A stretch of 64,000 nt of DNA from Candidatus Bruticola sp. (lineage in GTDB: Bacteria > Vulcanimicrobiota > Xenobia > Xenobiales > Xenobiaceae). The notes beneath the pieces were generated by a model. It was not told where the DNA came from. It saw nothing but the letters and a program-made list of their open reading frames with translations, and did not search any database. Location: contig JBJEGD010000013.1 of NCBI GenBank assembly GCA_051874735.1, positions 64,001 through 128,000 on the forward strand. Direction: 5' to 3'. Shown piece after piece: positions 51,399 through 61,971 of this stretch. Numbering within the stretch: position 1 is the first letter of the stretch; each line of letters starts with the position of its first letter. A program made the translations under genes and the position numbers.

Positions 51399-52727
51399 CT
51401 AGTATCCGTATCTCTTTTTATTTGCGTACAAGAAAATAATAAGCATAATTAAGGAAGCTAATTCAGCTACAATTACAGAAGCCCAAATCCATTCAACGCC
51501 GAATAAATAAGGCAAGAACATTACGCTGGCTGATTGGAAGATCAGGGTGCGTGTAAAGGCGATGGTTGCCGAAATAATGCCGTTATTTAAGGCCGTAAAA
51601 AAGGAAGAACCGTAAATTCCTAAGCCAAAAAAGGCGAAACCTATCGAGTAAATACTTAATCCATGTTTAGTGATAGCCGTAAGTTCCTGATCGTAACCAA
51701 CAAAAAGTCGAACTATAGGATCCGCTAAGATTATACTTAGTAAAGATAGGCCGATGCCGACAGAAACTGCAAAAAATATGCTTTTGTGCAGTATATTTTT
51801 TATTTCTGACGTATTTTTAGCGCCATAATGGTAGCTGACAATGGGGGCAGCACCTATGGAATAGCCGATAAAAATTGAAGAAAAGATAAAGCATAGGTAG
51901 CCTATTACTCCGTAGGCAGCTACGCCGTTTTCTCCGATAAAGCGCAGAAGTTGAAAGTTATATAGAATAACTAAAACTGATGATGATATGCCGCTCATAA
52001 GTTCAGAGGAGCCATTAAGGCAGGACTGAAATAGAGCGCGCCCATAAAATTTAGTGGACTTCAACTGCAGCAAACTGCCGTTTGGGCGAATAAAGTAAAT
52101 TAAGGCGGTTAAACTGCCTATAACTTGACTGAGAGAGGTTGCCACTGCCGCTCCCGTTAGTCCCCAGCCAAAATAAATAATGAAAATAGCGTCGAGTAAC
52201 ATGTTAGCCAAGCCAGACAGCAAAGTAACCGCAAATCCTAAGTTCGGACGTTCCGCCGCAATAAAGAAACTTTGAAAAACGTGCTGCAGCATAAAAAAGG
52301 GCATAGATATCATATTAATATGTCCATAAAGAATACTGCAGTTGAGCAGTTCGCCTTCAGCTCCCAAAGCTTTAGCTACAGAGGGAACGGCCCAGTATCC
52401 AGCTGCTCCTAGTATGACGCCTAAAATGGCTGTAGCCGCAACTATCATAGAAAAGTAGCGGTTAGCTAGCTGAGGTTGGCCTTCGCCTAAAGTTTTAGCT
52501 GTGATGGCTGTGCCGCCAGTTCCCAGCATAAAACCTATAGAGCCAATAATCATCATCAGGGGGAATATAAAGTTTGTGGCTGCAAAGGCTGATTTACCGA
52601 CATAATTAGAAACAAAAAGTCCGTCAATTACATTGTACGTGGAAATGAAAAGCATCATCGCCATAGACGGCAGCGCAAAGCGCATAAGTTTTGAATAGGT
52701 GAAATGATCTGAGAGTTTTATTTCCAT
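51399..52727 (-). CDS. MATE family efflux transporter
   Basis: MEIKLSDHFTY, PSMAMMLFISTYNVIDGLFVSN, GLTGAAVAT, about 12 TM. Confidence 0.93.
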   Translation of the reverse strand: MEIKLSDHFTYSKLMRFALPSMAMMLFISTYNVIDGLFVSNYVGKSAFAATNFIFPLMMIIGSIGFMLGTGGTAITAKTLGEGQPQLANRYFSMIVAATAILGVILGAAGYWAVPSVAKALGAEGELLNCSILYGHINMISMPFFMLQHVFQSFFIAAERPNLGFAVTLLSGLANMLLDAIFIIYFGWGLTGAAVATSLSQVIGSLTALIYFIRPNGSLLQLKSTKFYGRALFQSCLNGSSELMSGISSSVLVILYNFQLLRFIGENGVAAYGVIGYLCFIFSSIFIGYSIGAAPIVSYHYGAKNTSEIKNILHKSIFFAVSVGIGLSLLSIILADPIVRLFVGYDQELTAITKHGLSIYSIGFAFFGLGIYGSSFFTALNNGIISATIAFTRTLIFQSASVMFLPYLFGVEWIWASVIVAELASLIMLIIFLYANKKRYGY

Positions 52728-53072
52728 ATAAATATCGTAAAGGTCTGAGAGTCTAAAACAGCGACTGGTCCTTATTGTACAGCTAATATATGATCAAGCA
52801 AAGCGGCAATATGGCCGAATTAACCGTATCTTAGTTCGCTTTAACAGCCTAATTTGGCAGGTAAAACGCCGGTATAGCTTAGAAACATCAAATATATAGC
52901 AGTAATGGCGGAGAAAAAACTTCTTAAAGATGGGAGGGGCTGAGCTTGGGGCTAGGTTTTATGGTTGTATGGTAGTTAGAGTTTCCAGAACTTAGGTACC
53001 GCTTCTTGAAGTGGCGGTCTGTCCCAGCGCAGATAGAAAATCTGCCTCCTATTTTTTAAGGAAAGGTTTAAT

Positions 53073-54191
53073 ATGCACAAACGCCGTTTAGGACGCACAG
53101 AATTGATGGTATCTGAAGTCGGTATCGGCGGCTTGGGCATTATATCCAAGCTGCTCCCTAACCGGGAAGCCGGCATCGAAACGGTGCGCCATGCTCTCGA
53201 TTTGGGAGTCAATTATATCGATACCGCGCGAGGCTATTTTGATGCCGAAGAGACGATTGGCCAGGCTATTGCCAATCGGCGCAATCAAGTAATTTTAGCC
53301 TCAAAAACGTATCTGCGTTCTGGTTTTTTGGCTTACAAAGATTTAGAAACTAGTTTAGCAACTTTGAAAGTCAATCATATAGATATGTATCAAGTCCACC
53401 ATGTGCAGTACAAAAGTGAACTTGAGCAGGTAATGGCTCCTAAAGGCGCTTTAGAGGCCTTAGAGAGCGCCAAAAAAGAAGGTCTTATTGATCATATAGG
53501 CATAACCTCGCATCATACCAGAGTACTGTCTCAGGCGTTAGAAACGGGACGCTTCGACGCCGTGATGCTGCCTTTTTCTCCTATCGAGCGCGACGGTTTG
53601 GCGGAAGTTTTTGAAGCTGCCAAGCGTTTCGATGTGGGTATTATTGCCATGAAGGTGCTTTCGTCAGGTAGATTGACTTCAGTAGAAGAGGCCATTCAGT
53701 TTGTTTTAGCTCATGATATTTCCATGTGTGTATTGGGCTGCACTACTAAGGAACATGTAGAGCGCGACGTTCGTGCAGCTGAGGCATTGCACCAGATGAG
53801 CGGTGAACAGCGTCAGGCTCTGCTGAGCGGCAGCGCCGATCTTAAAGACGGATTCTGTCGCCGCTGCCGCATATGTGAAGGACTTTGTCCTATGAAAATT
53901 CCTATAGCCGATATTTTCCGCTGTGAAGATTACCTTATTTTAAACGCTACTTATGCCCGTAACGAATACCGCTCTTTGTCCAGACATGTACCTAACTGTA
54001 TAAAATGTGGACAATGCGAATTAGTTTGTCCTTTTCACTTAAATGTAATATCGTCTTTAGATAGGGCTCACTGTCGATTGAGTCGAGGCAAATTGGAAGA
54101 CTGTGCTGTTAATATTTTGCATAAAATAAAACTCTACGATTTGGCTCGCAAAGCTTATTTCTCGTTGGGAGGCGGGCTACCTGAACGGTGA
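53073..54191 (+). CDS. Aldo/keto reductase with C-terminal 2x[4Fe-4S] domain
   Basis: RRLGRTEL, NYIDTARGY, LASKT, DMYQVH (D-Y-K-H tetrad); CRRCRICEGLCP and CIKCGQCELVCP. Confidence 0.92.
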   Translation: MHKRRLGRTELMVSEVGIGGLGIISKLLPNREAGIETVRHALDLGVNYIDTARGYFDAEETIGQAIANRRNQVILASKTYLRSGFLAYKDLETSLATLKVNHIDMYQVHHVQYKSELEQVMAPKGALEALESAKKEGLIDHIGITSHHTRVLSQALETGRFDAVMLPFSPIERDGLAEVFEAAKRFDVGIIAMKVLSSGRLTSVEEAIQFVLAHDISMCVLGCTTKEHVERDVRAAEALHQMSGEQRQALLSGSADLKDGFCRRCRICEGLCPMKIPIADIFRCEDYLILNATYARNEYRSLSRHVPNCIKCGQCELVCPFHLNVISSLDRAHCRLSRGKLEDCAVNILHKIKLYDLARKAYFSLGGGLPER

Positions 54192-54257
54192 AGAAAAGCT
54201 TAAAAGAGGGAAAAAAAGGCTGTGCAATAAACAAGGGGGCTCTCGGAGGTAGACAAG

Positions 54258-55901
54258 GTGGATAATACTGAAGGCGTATGCCCGTGGCTGAAAGAAGGTC
54301 AAAGGATAATCAGCGCACCAGAAAAACGCTGGAAAATGGGTTTTATTTCTCTTTACGATGTAGAAAATAATGCAGCCCGCCTTTTAGGAGCTTGTGCCCG
54401 CCGAGCTGGCTATAAGTTTACCGAGATTTATTTTAAAGATTGGATTAATAACAAATTCGATCCGCCCAAAGATATTGAAATTAAACATCTGATTGAGCTT
54501 ATCGGCCTACACAATTTAAATATTATTGGCTTTTCAGTTCGCGCTTCAGCTTATCATAAAGTAGCGGCTCAGCTCACCAAGGTAATTAGGCAGCATTTTC
54601 CCAGTATAGTTATCCTTTGGGGCGGAACTCATACGGTACTAGATCCAGAAAAGTGTATTAAAGAAGCTGATATTGTCTGTCGAGGGGAAGCGGAAATAAC
54701 TCTAATTGAGCTGCTCGATCGTCTGTCTAACGGTTTAGATATTACTGAGCTACCTAACATTTGGGTTCGCTGGCGTTCCGATTACAAACAAATGCAGGGA
54801 CACAACCCTAGCAGCGGCGCCCCAACTCAGGTCTTTAAGAATCCGGTTGGTCCTAATGTACAGAACTTAAATTTGCTGCCCTTCCGCGATTTTTACTCCG
54901 ATGATAAATACTTTATTTTGGGACGCCGCCTACATCAGGGCGATCCGATGATCGGCGATTCTTGCTTCCAAATGATGAATTCGCGCGGTTGCGTATTCCA
55001 TTGCGCCTACTGCTATAATTCAGAACTTTCTGAACTGTATAAAGAGCAAGGACGCTACTTCCGCACTCGCAGTGTCGATTCAGTTTTGGCTGAAATAAAG
55101 CAGGCTCGCACCATTTTTACTAACATGAAGCGGATTCGCTTCGATGACGAAGTTTTTTTATTCTCTGATGATTGGTATGAAGAGTTCGCCCGGCGCTATC
55201 CTATCGAGGTTGGGCTGCCTTTTGAGGTTTTTACTGAGCCTAAGTTAGTTAAAAAATCGCTTTTTGAATTGCTGCGCCGGGCCGGTCTTGACGCTGTTTA
55301 CATGGGGATCCAAAGCAGTTGTCGTGTTAATAGCGAACTCTATGATCGCAGTGGCAGTGATGAGCAGCTGCGCCGCTGTGCTGCTATTTTTGCTGAACTG
55401 GGACTTGATGCGCGCTATCACGTTATGATGGACGACAAAGAGTCTACTTGGGAAGATAAGCGCCATCTGTTCGATTTGCTCATGAGTTTTCCCCGGGGCA
55501 GCTATCAACTTTATCTGTTTAGCGTCGTAATTTTTCCCAATACTATGTTAGCCCGCAAACTTCTGGCTGAAGGCAAAATTACAGAAAATGATTTAGAGGG
55601 TGAACGCAATAAAACATTTCAGCAAATAAGGGTTAGCTTAAATTATCCTCGTCCTCCTGAGGACATGTTTTGGGCCGCTATGTTTGTCTTAGTCAGTAAG
55701 AATTTTCTCAGTGACAATTTTTTGTACTTTTTGGCCGACAATAAATTTTTACGCCGTAACCCTAAAATTTTGGCCTTGTTTGCCCAGTTGTGCAACATTA
55801 TCAAAATGGTCGGCGTAGTATTTGATATGGCATGTCGAGGAGAAATGAACTGGACTTTAATTAGGCGCTGGCTCAATTTTAATTCCCTCATTAGTCAATG
55901 A
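54258..55901 (+). CDS. B12-binding domain radical SAM protein
   Basis: N-terminal cobalamin-binding Rossmann fold (IIGFSV, ILWGGTHTV, DIVCRGEAE), SRGCVFHCAYC CxxxCxxC motif, FDDEVF, MGIQS. Confidence 0.92.
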   Translation: MDNTEGVCPWLKEGQRIISAPEKRWKMGFISLYDVENNAARLLGACARRAGYKFTEIYFKDWINNKFDPPKDIEIKHLIELIGLHNLNIIGFSVRASAYHKVAAQLTKVIRQHFPSIVILWGGTHTVLDPEKCIKEADIVCRGEAEITLIELLDRLSNGLDITELPNIWVRWRSDYKQMQGHNPSSGAPTQVFKNPVGPNVQNLNLLPFRDFYSDDKYFILGRRLHQGDPMIGDSCFQMMNSRGCVFHCAYCYNSELSELYKEQGRYFRTRSVDSVLAEIKQARTIFTNMKRIRFDDEVFLFSDDWYEEFARRYPIEVGLPFEVFTEPKLVKKSLFELLRRAGLDAVYMGIQSSCRVNSELYDRSGSDEQLRRCAAIFAELGLDARYHVMMDDKESTWEDKRHLFDLLMSFPRGSYQLYLFSVVIFPNTMLARKLLAEGKITENDLEGERNKTFQQIRVSLNYPRPPEDMFWAAMFVLVSKNFLSDNFLYFLADNKFLRRNPKILALFAQLCNIIKMVGVVFDMACRGEMNWTLIRRWLNFNSLISQ

Positions 55902-55981
55902 TAACTGACCTAACTAGTAATACACGCTGATATGAACTCAGCGATTATCATCCGTTTTTTTTAACACTGCAGGGTAAAAAA

Positions 55982-58747
55982 ATGTGCAGCTGCTTGGCAA
56001 AATTAAAAAAAATTGCGGCCACCGCGGGTGAGTGGGGGATAGTTGTCAGCCTCTATACTTTTTTAGCACTACTTTTTACTTATCCTTTGGTGCTGAACTA
56101 TTCCGGGTACGTAGTCGGATGTATGGAAAGCGATGTTTGGAAGCATCTTTGGGGAATGTGGTGGATGCGCGTCCGCTTGATAGAAGACGGTGTGCTGCCG
56201 CTGCATACGTTTTTGCTTAATTATCCATACGGCGGCGCCCTGTACTTTATAGATTCCTTAAACGGCCTGCTTTCTGTACCTTTACAAAGCTTCTTAACTA
56301 TAGTGCAGACTTTTAACACTATGGTTATCTTTAATTTAGTTCTAGCGGCTTCCGGAACTTACTTATTAGTTAAGGGCTTGACTGGACGACCTATGGCCTC
56401 CTTTTGCGCCGGTACGGTTTACGCTTTTTCAGCTTATATGGGATCCAGTATCGCCTCAGGTATAACAGAATCGATAAATATAGGCTGGATGCCCTTTTTC
56501 TGCCATTATTTTATGCGTTTATTTAAAACGCGCAGCTGGAAAGACGCTTTTTGGGCAGCTGTATTCTTTTCACTTAACACTTTAGGCTGTTGGTATTTCG
56601 GCACTTTTGCTGTTCTTTTTGCTGTTTTTTACTATGTGTGGTTGTTATTTGAGCGTATCGGTCGATCTTGTCAGGGAGCAGGTAAGGAACTACTCAAACT
56701 GGTGCTGCCTCCCTGGAATTATGAGTTTACGCTCGGTTTAGTTATATTAAGCAGCTGGTGGTATCTGATGCAGAAGTTGCCCAGCCTGCTAGTTCATTTA
56801 TCATTTGGTTTCATTCTTTTTTCTGACATTTACATATGTATTTTTGTGCCGCTTTTGATTGCCGTCGCTTGGTATGTTTGGGGCACTCCTCAAACATCGT
56901 TTTCTCTGCGTTATAGGTCTTTGCTAGTTTTAACTGGCGAAATGGCTTTGAGCTATTGGCCTGGTTCTTACTTATGGGATAAAGCCAAGCTGAACTGGGA
57001 TTGGCAGCCTCTTTCGTTCGGATTGACAGTTTGTTTGGGGTGGGTAGTTGCCTCGGCTGTGGCTCTATTATGTTTTATCTTCTTAGATAAAAAGTCTGCT
57101 ACTTGGGAGGGGGGCAGTTCTATTGCACAGCGTATAAGTGCCGCTTTTAGGGCTATTCGTCCGCCTTTTTTAAAGTTCTGGTTGATAAAGGTCTTCCAGC
57201 TGTTGATTTTCGGCACTGCTGGAGTGAAGCTCAGCTCTGAAACTTTGCACGGGCTAGAAGTAGAGCGCAGTCTAATATTGACCGCTTTTTTGGTATTGTC
57301 AGCTATAATCTGGCAACACATATTCTTAACTAACTTTATAAAAGAAGTTTCCGATGCCGACGGTAAAAGGAGAGCACTGTTAGCTCCTTTGCCGGTGCGT
57401 CTAGCCCATTATTACCTAGACAATTTTAATTTTATAAATTTGGGATCAGTATTAGCTTTGCTGGCAGTGCAGTATCTTTTAGCTGACGATTACTCTCCTT
57501 TAGGTCTTTTCTTTGTTTGGCTAGTCTGCGCTCAAATAGTGGAATTGCTTCCTTTTATCTCCCGACGATGGCGCCTTAATTTTGAGCGCTATTTAAATGC
57601 AAGATGGTCCATTTCCATAGACGATTTGGGACGCATTTACTGGCATGAATATTTTAAAGTACCTTGTTTAATGGTATTAATCTGCGCCGCCATCATTGTT
57701 GGTCCGACTATAGCTTTTCAAAGCACTATAAATGCTAGCGATTCTATAGTCTTCAGAGGGCGCAGCGAGATGAATGTCGATCTCCATTTGTCCCGCCAAT
57801 TTTATAATGTAATGACTTTAAAAGATTTTGTAGTCGGTGGCAAAGAGAGAGCGGTAGAGAGCTATACGGTAGACCGGTTAATTCGCGCTTGTTATATTGG
57901 CTGGTGTGCTTTAGCACTTGCTGCAGGTGGCTTGCTTTGGGGAAGGCGGCGCCGCGATAGAGGATATTGGCTGTTTTGCACCTTAATCTTTATGGTATTT
58001 GCTTCCGGTCCCTTCATGTATATTAGCGATGAAATTTATTCTACAGTTAAGTCGCCGCTTTACATGCTGTTTTTCCGTTATTTCCCTACATTTTCCGCTG
58101 TATCTATACCATTTCGCTTCAGTATTTTGGTTATGTTGAGCGTCTCTGTACTGAGCGCTTATGCTTTGGCTGACCTAGAAAGACAACTTTCTAGACTAGA
58201 GAGCTTGATGCTGACATCAGCAGTATGCGCAGCAGTTATCTTTGAAGTAGCTGTTGTATCGCCATCGCCTTTTCCTTTACCTCTTTCAGAAGCTAAAATG
58301 CCTCAATACTGCGCAGATATTGCAGCTGCCGGAGGGGACTATGGCTTAATAGATTTCCCTATTCAGCGCACTAGAGGGGAGCTGCTGCCTGGAGAATACT
58401 TTTTCTATCAAATTGGCCATCACCAGGCTATTCCTAACCGTGTGGAAGGAACAATTCCCTTATTTGTTTATCAGAATGCTTTTACTAGCTACCTCTTTAT
58501 TTTGGAACATTCTCAAGGTGATATCCCGGAGCGCAGCCGTGAAGAACTGGACGTCGGTTTCGCTGACCTAATGCGTTTTCGTTTTCGCTATATAGTTGTG
58601 CACAATAATTACTTGCGTCGCCGCTCTAAAGAAAAACTGCATAATATGCTGCACTTTTACTGTGGCGAACCTAAGCACTACCCCAAAGGGGTTTATGTTT
58701 ACACCATCCCTAGACCTGCAGAATTGGGCAGATCAGTAAAACATTAA
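55982..58747 (+). CDS. Large polytopic membrane protein, GT-C/YfhO-like glycosyltransferase candidate
   Basis: TM1 then MESDVWKHLW acidic loop, LNYPYG, AGTVYAFSAY, PFRF, C-terminal soluble domain (DFP, YQIGH, YIVVH); many TM helices. Confidence 0.7.
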   Translation: MCSCLAKLKKIAATAGEWGIVVSLYTFLALLFTYPLVLNYSGYVVGCMESDVWKHLWGMWWMRVRLIEDGVLPLHTFLLNYPYGGALYFIDSLNGLLSVPLQSFLTIVQTFNTMVIFNLVLAASGTYLLVKGLTGRPMASFCAGTVYAFSAYMGSSIASGITESINIGWMPFFCHYFMRLFKTRSWKDAFWAAVFFSLNTLGCWYFGTFAVLFAVFYYVWLLFERIGRSCQGAGKELLKLVLPPWNYEFTLGLVILSSWWYLMQKLPSLLVHLSFGFILFSDIYICIFVPLLIAVAWYVWGTPQTSFSLRYRSLLVLTGEMALSYWPGSYLWDKAKLNWDWQPLSFGLTVCLGWVVASAVALLCFIFLDKKSATWEGGSSIAQRISAAFRAIRPPFLKFWLIKVFQLLIFGTAGVKLSSETLHGLEVERSLILTAFLVLSAIIWQHIFLTNFIKEVSDADGKRRALLAPLPVRLAHYYLDNFNFINLGSVLALLAVQYLLADDYSPLGLFFVWLVCAQIVELLPFISRRWRLNFERYLNARWSISIDDLGRIYWHEYFKVPCLMVLICAAIIVGPTIAFQSTINASDSIVFRGRSEMNVDLHLSRQFYNVMTLKDFVVGGKERAVESYTVDRLIRACYIGWCALALAAGGLLWGRRRRDRGYWLFCTLIFMVFASGPFMYISDEIYSTVKSPLYMLFFRYFPTFSAVSIPFRFSILVMLSVSVLSAYALADLERQLSRLESLMLTSAVCAAVIFEVAVVSPSPFPLPLSEAKMPQYCADIAAAGGDYGLIDFPIQRTRGELLPGEYFFYQIGHHQAIPNRVEGTIPLFVYQNAFTSYLFILEHSQGDIPERSREELDVGFADLMRFRFRYIVVHNNYLRRRSKEKLHNMLHFYCGEPKHYPKGVYVYTIPRPAELGRSVKH

Positions 58748-58759
58748 GGAGGATAATAA

Positions 58760-59017
58760 GTGAACCGTCGGCGGAACTACTGGGCCATTATAAAGAAGCT
58801 GATTCGCAGCCAAAATTGGCAAATAGTTTGGATTGTATTAGCTTTCATGGTTGCGCTGCAACTGTTTTTCGCTATGTCTGCTAACGTGAGATATGTAAAA
58901 AAGCCTGTAGTAAAATCTGATGTTTCTGTTTTTGAAGACAACGAATTTATAGATAATAATGCAGAAGTGCCAGTAGCTCCTAATCATGAGTTCAATTTCG
59001 ATAGGGGAGAAAATTAA
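58760..59017 (+). CDS. Small single-TM protein
   Basis: AGGAGG SD with GTG start, one hydrophobic helix, acidic tail; 12-nt and 2-nt gaps to neighbours. Confidence 0.72.
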   Translation: MNRRRNYWAIIKKLIRSQNWQIVWIVLAFMVALQLFFAMSANVRYVKKPVVKSDVSVFEDNEFIDNNAEVPVAPNHEFNFDRGEN

Positions 59018-59019
59018 TT

Positions 59020-60108
59020 TTGGATTCTAATAAAAACGGTTGGGCTGTTGAGCCGGAAACCGCTCCGCTGCCGTGCAGAGAACCTCATTTTGCAAGGTAT
59101 AAATTAAGCTGGGGGAAGATATTGACCGGCTTAGGAATATGTCTCTGCCTTGTACCTTTAGTTAAAACTGATCAACTGCTCAGTAGCTTCAGCAGACTGA
59201 GCTGGGAGTGTTTTTTTCTTTCTCTAGTTTTTTTTATATTAGCTTCGGCTCCGGCTAGCTTAGTTTGGTATGCTGCGGCCCGCCATTTGGGTTCTTCAAT
59301 GAGCTTTATGCAATCGTGGCGCCTTTCTTTGATAGGTTTTTTTTGGAATAATTTAATTCCGGGCGGGGTCGCTGGAGATGGAGTACGCGTTTGGGAAGTG
59401 CACAAGCGTCATCTTTCTTATGCGCAGGGAGCGGCTTCAGTTTTTATTGAACGATGGAGCGCATTAGCCGCCCTTATAGTTATTTCGCTGGCCGCCTGGT
59501 TTATGGCAGCCCCTATTTTTGATTCTTTTGAAGAAAAAACGCATACTTTGCCTATTTTATCCAGCTTAAACGGATTTAGTGTTAAGTGGAGCATGTTATC
59601 TGTTATTATTGTTATGGCTGTAGTTTTTGTCTTGGGAAGTGCAGTCATTTTTTCTGAACATTTGTGGCAGGGGTTGCGTTATCGTCTGTTAAGCCGCTTC
59701 AGTTTAGGGGCATCTTTAGAAGAATTTACCAAAACTTGTGCTCTCATAAAATTCCATTGGCTGGGTTTTCTAGCCGCTTCGGCAATAAATTTGCTAGCTC
59801 CGTTATTGGAAGCCATCGCCGTATATATTGTATTTTATAAAATTTGCCCGCACAATTTGCCTATAATTTATTTCTTGATATTTATACCAATTTTTCGCCT
59901 TATGCTTCATCTGCCTATATCGGTAAACGGCATAGGCACGCAGGAAGCGGCTTTTGCTGTTTATTGGGGCAGCGTGGGCATGGATTTAGAACCCGTGCTG
60001 CTTTCTTCTTTTTTAGTGCATGCTATTAAGCTATTTATGTGTGTGTTGGGAGCTTTGCTGTATTACTTAGAACCACAGGCTGAACGAAAAATACAGGCGG
60101 ACAGCTAG
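59020..60108 (+). CDS. Lysylphosphatidylglycerol-synthase TM domain (UPF0104) flippase-like protein
   Basis: IGFFWNNLIPGGVAGDGVR, SVFIERW, LPISVNGIGTQE motifs; about 8 TM. Confidence 0.88.
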   Translation: MDSNKNGWAVEPETAPLPCREPHFARYKLSWGKILTGLGICLCLVPLVKTDQLLSSFSRLSWECFFLSLVFFILASAPASLVWYAAARHLGSSMSFMQSWRLSLIGFFWNNLIPGGVAGDGVRVWEVHKRHLSYAQGAASVFIERWSALAALIVISLAAWFMAAPIFDSFEEKTHTLPILSSLNGFSVKWSMLSVIIVMAVVFVLGSAVIFSEHLWQGLRYRLLSRFSLGASLEEFTKTCALIKFHWLGFLAASAINLLAPLLEAIAVYIVFYKICPHNLPIIYFLIFIPIFRLMLHLPISVNGIGTQEAAFAVYWGSVGMDLEPVLLSSFLVHAIKLFMCVLGALLYYLEPQAERKIQADS

Positions 60109-60626
60109 ATGAACGGTTTAATTTTGGTAATTGTATAACGACTTTTTTTATAATTATTTGAGAGCTGTCCGCCTTAAGTAAGTAAAAGTAGCTTTAATTA
60201 GTATTTTTTGAGAATAACTTCTTCAATAAGTTTAGATACTCTTTTCAACTCTTTTTTTGCATCTTTGTGAGGTATGTATCTCTGAATATAACCTTTTTGT
60301 CCTTTTTATTCTTCGGTAACTACATCTTCCCATCTACATTCTGGCGTTGAGGAAGTTGTTGGCTAGGAGAAGATGATTATATTTTTTTGCTTCTGCTCCG
60401 TTGCGGAATAGAAAAATATAAATGGTAAATTGAATATTTTTTTGTAGTCTTTCTAGTGATTGAGAACAAAGTAAAACAGAAAATATTTATTCTTCAGCGC
60501 CTGCAGTTATATGGGCATATAGGGAATTTCTTATTACTGTGAGAAATGAAAAATTTGGTGCTGAATTAAAAAATCAGCAGGTAATAATCATTTTAAGCGA
60601 AGTGAAAAGCCGATTTTTAGAAAGGG

Positions 60627-61715
60627 ATGTTTCGTTTCATGTTGTTGAACGTCGATACTACAAAGACTTCTGTAATCGAAGAACTTTTAGGTAGCGAAGC
60701 TGAGTCTTTGCTTAAGCATGAGTGTAAGACTATCGATAAGAAGATGCTCCATCTTCCTGGAGGAGACGTCGTAAATCGCATTTACAGCGATTCTGACCGT
60801 AATTACCAGGTGCTGCGCAGTTTGCAGCAGCTCTTCGGCACTGGTCGTTTGGCCAATACTGGCTATTTGTCAATTCTGCCTATCGATCAGGGACTCGAGC
60901 ACAGTGCTGGCGCTTCTTTCGCTGCTAACCCTGCTTACTTCGATCCAGAAAATATTGTTAAATTGGCTATCGAAGGCGGATGCAACGCGGTTGCTTCAAC
61001 TTTTGGTGTACTCGGTGCTGTGGCCCGCAAGTATGCTCATAAAATTCCTTTCGTTGTAAAGCTGAACCACAACGAATTGCTTACCTATCCTAACTCTTTC
61101 AAACAGATTCTTTTTGGAACCGTGCGTGAAGCTTGGGATATGGGTGCTGTCGCTGTAGGCGCTACCATTTATTTCGGCAGTGAAGATTCCCGTCGCCAGA
61201 TTGTGGAAATTGCCCAGGCTTTCCATGAAGCTCATGAGCTCGGTATGGCTACTATCCTTTGGTGCTACACTCGTAACGATGCTTTTAAGGTTGACGGAGT
61301 TGACTATCACACCGCCGCCGACGTTACCAGTCAGGCTAACCACATCGGTGTAACCTTGGAAGCCGATATCATCAAGCAGAAACTGCCCACTCTTAACGGC
61401 GCCTTCAAGAAGATCGGCTTCTGCAAGCGCGATGAGCGTATGTACACTGAGTTGTCCAGCGATCATCCTATTGATTTGTGCCGCTACCAGGTAGCTAATT
61501 GCTATATGGGCCGCATGGGCTTGATTAACTCTGGTGGGCCTTCCGGCTCCAATGACTTGGCCGAAGCTGTTAGAACCGCTGTTATCAACAAACGCGCCGG
61601 TGGTATCGGTTTGATCTGCGGACGTAAAGCTTTCCAGCGTCCTATGGAAGAGGGAGCTCGTCTCATTCACGCTATCCAGGATGTGTATCTCAACAAGGAT
61701 ATTACTATCGCCTAA
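60627..61715 (+). CDS. fbaB: Class I fructose-bisphosphate aldolase (DhnA family)
   Basis: [45 protein letters not shown] Schiff-base Lys, GRKAFQRPM. Confidence 0.96.
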   Translation: MFRFMLLNVDTTKTSVIEELLGSEAESLLKHECKTIDKKMLHLPGGDVVNRIYSDSDRNYQVLRSLQQLFGTGRLANTGYLSILPIDQGLEHSAGASFAANPAYFDPENIVKLAIEGGCNAVASTFGVLGAVARKYAHKIPFVVKLNHNELLTYPNSFKQILFGTVREAWDMGAVAVGATIYFGSEDSRRQIVEIAQAFHEAHELGMATILWCYTRNDAFKVDGVDYHTAADVTSQANHIGVTLEADIIKQKLPTLNGAFKKIGFCKRDERMYTELSSDHPIDLCRYQVANCYMGRMGLINSGGPSGSNDLAEAVRTAVINKRAGGIGLICGRKAFQRPMEEGARLIHAIQDVYLNKDITIA

Positions 61716-61789
61716 TTGAGAATTAGGATCACAATCGCTCTGTGCCGCTTGTTCGTTTTTCGGCGTGCCGGTGGTAATGAGAGTAGGAA

Positions 61790-61832
61790 AGTCTGAGACT
61801 AGTTCTTCAAAGGCGGGCTGGTCTCAGATTTC
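61790..61832 (+). terminator. Probable terminator after fbaB
   Basis: TCTGAGACTAG / CTGGTCTCAGA stem followed by T-rich sequence. Confidence 0.55.
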
Positions 61833-61971
61833 TGACCTTTTGTGATTATTTTTTATTTTTTGTTCAAAATAAGGCAACAGACTTTACCTATGTTTTAAGG
61901 TAAAATATCTACGAAGGTTTTTGATTCATCAGATCCTCGCCATCTAGACGTGGAGGTTCCAACTATAAAAA

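Noticed and set aside
60996-61670. 224-aa antisense ORF within fbaB (and similar ones inside adhE, groEL, infB and the protease)
   Set aside because: Antisense shadows expected from the codon bias of highly expressed genes; no SD or protein motifs.
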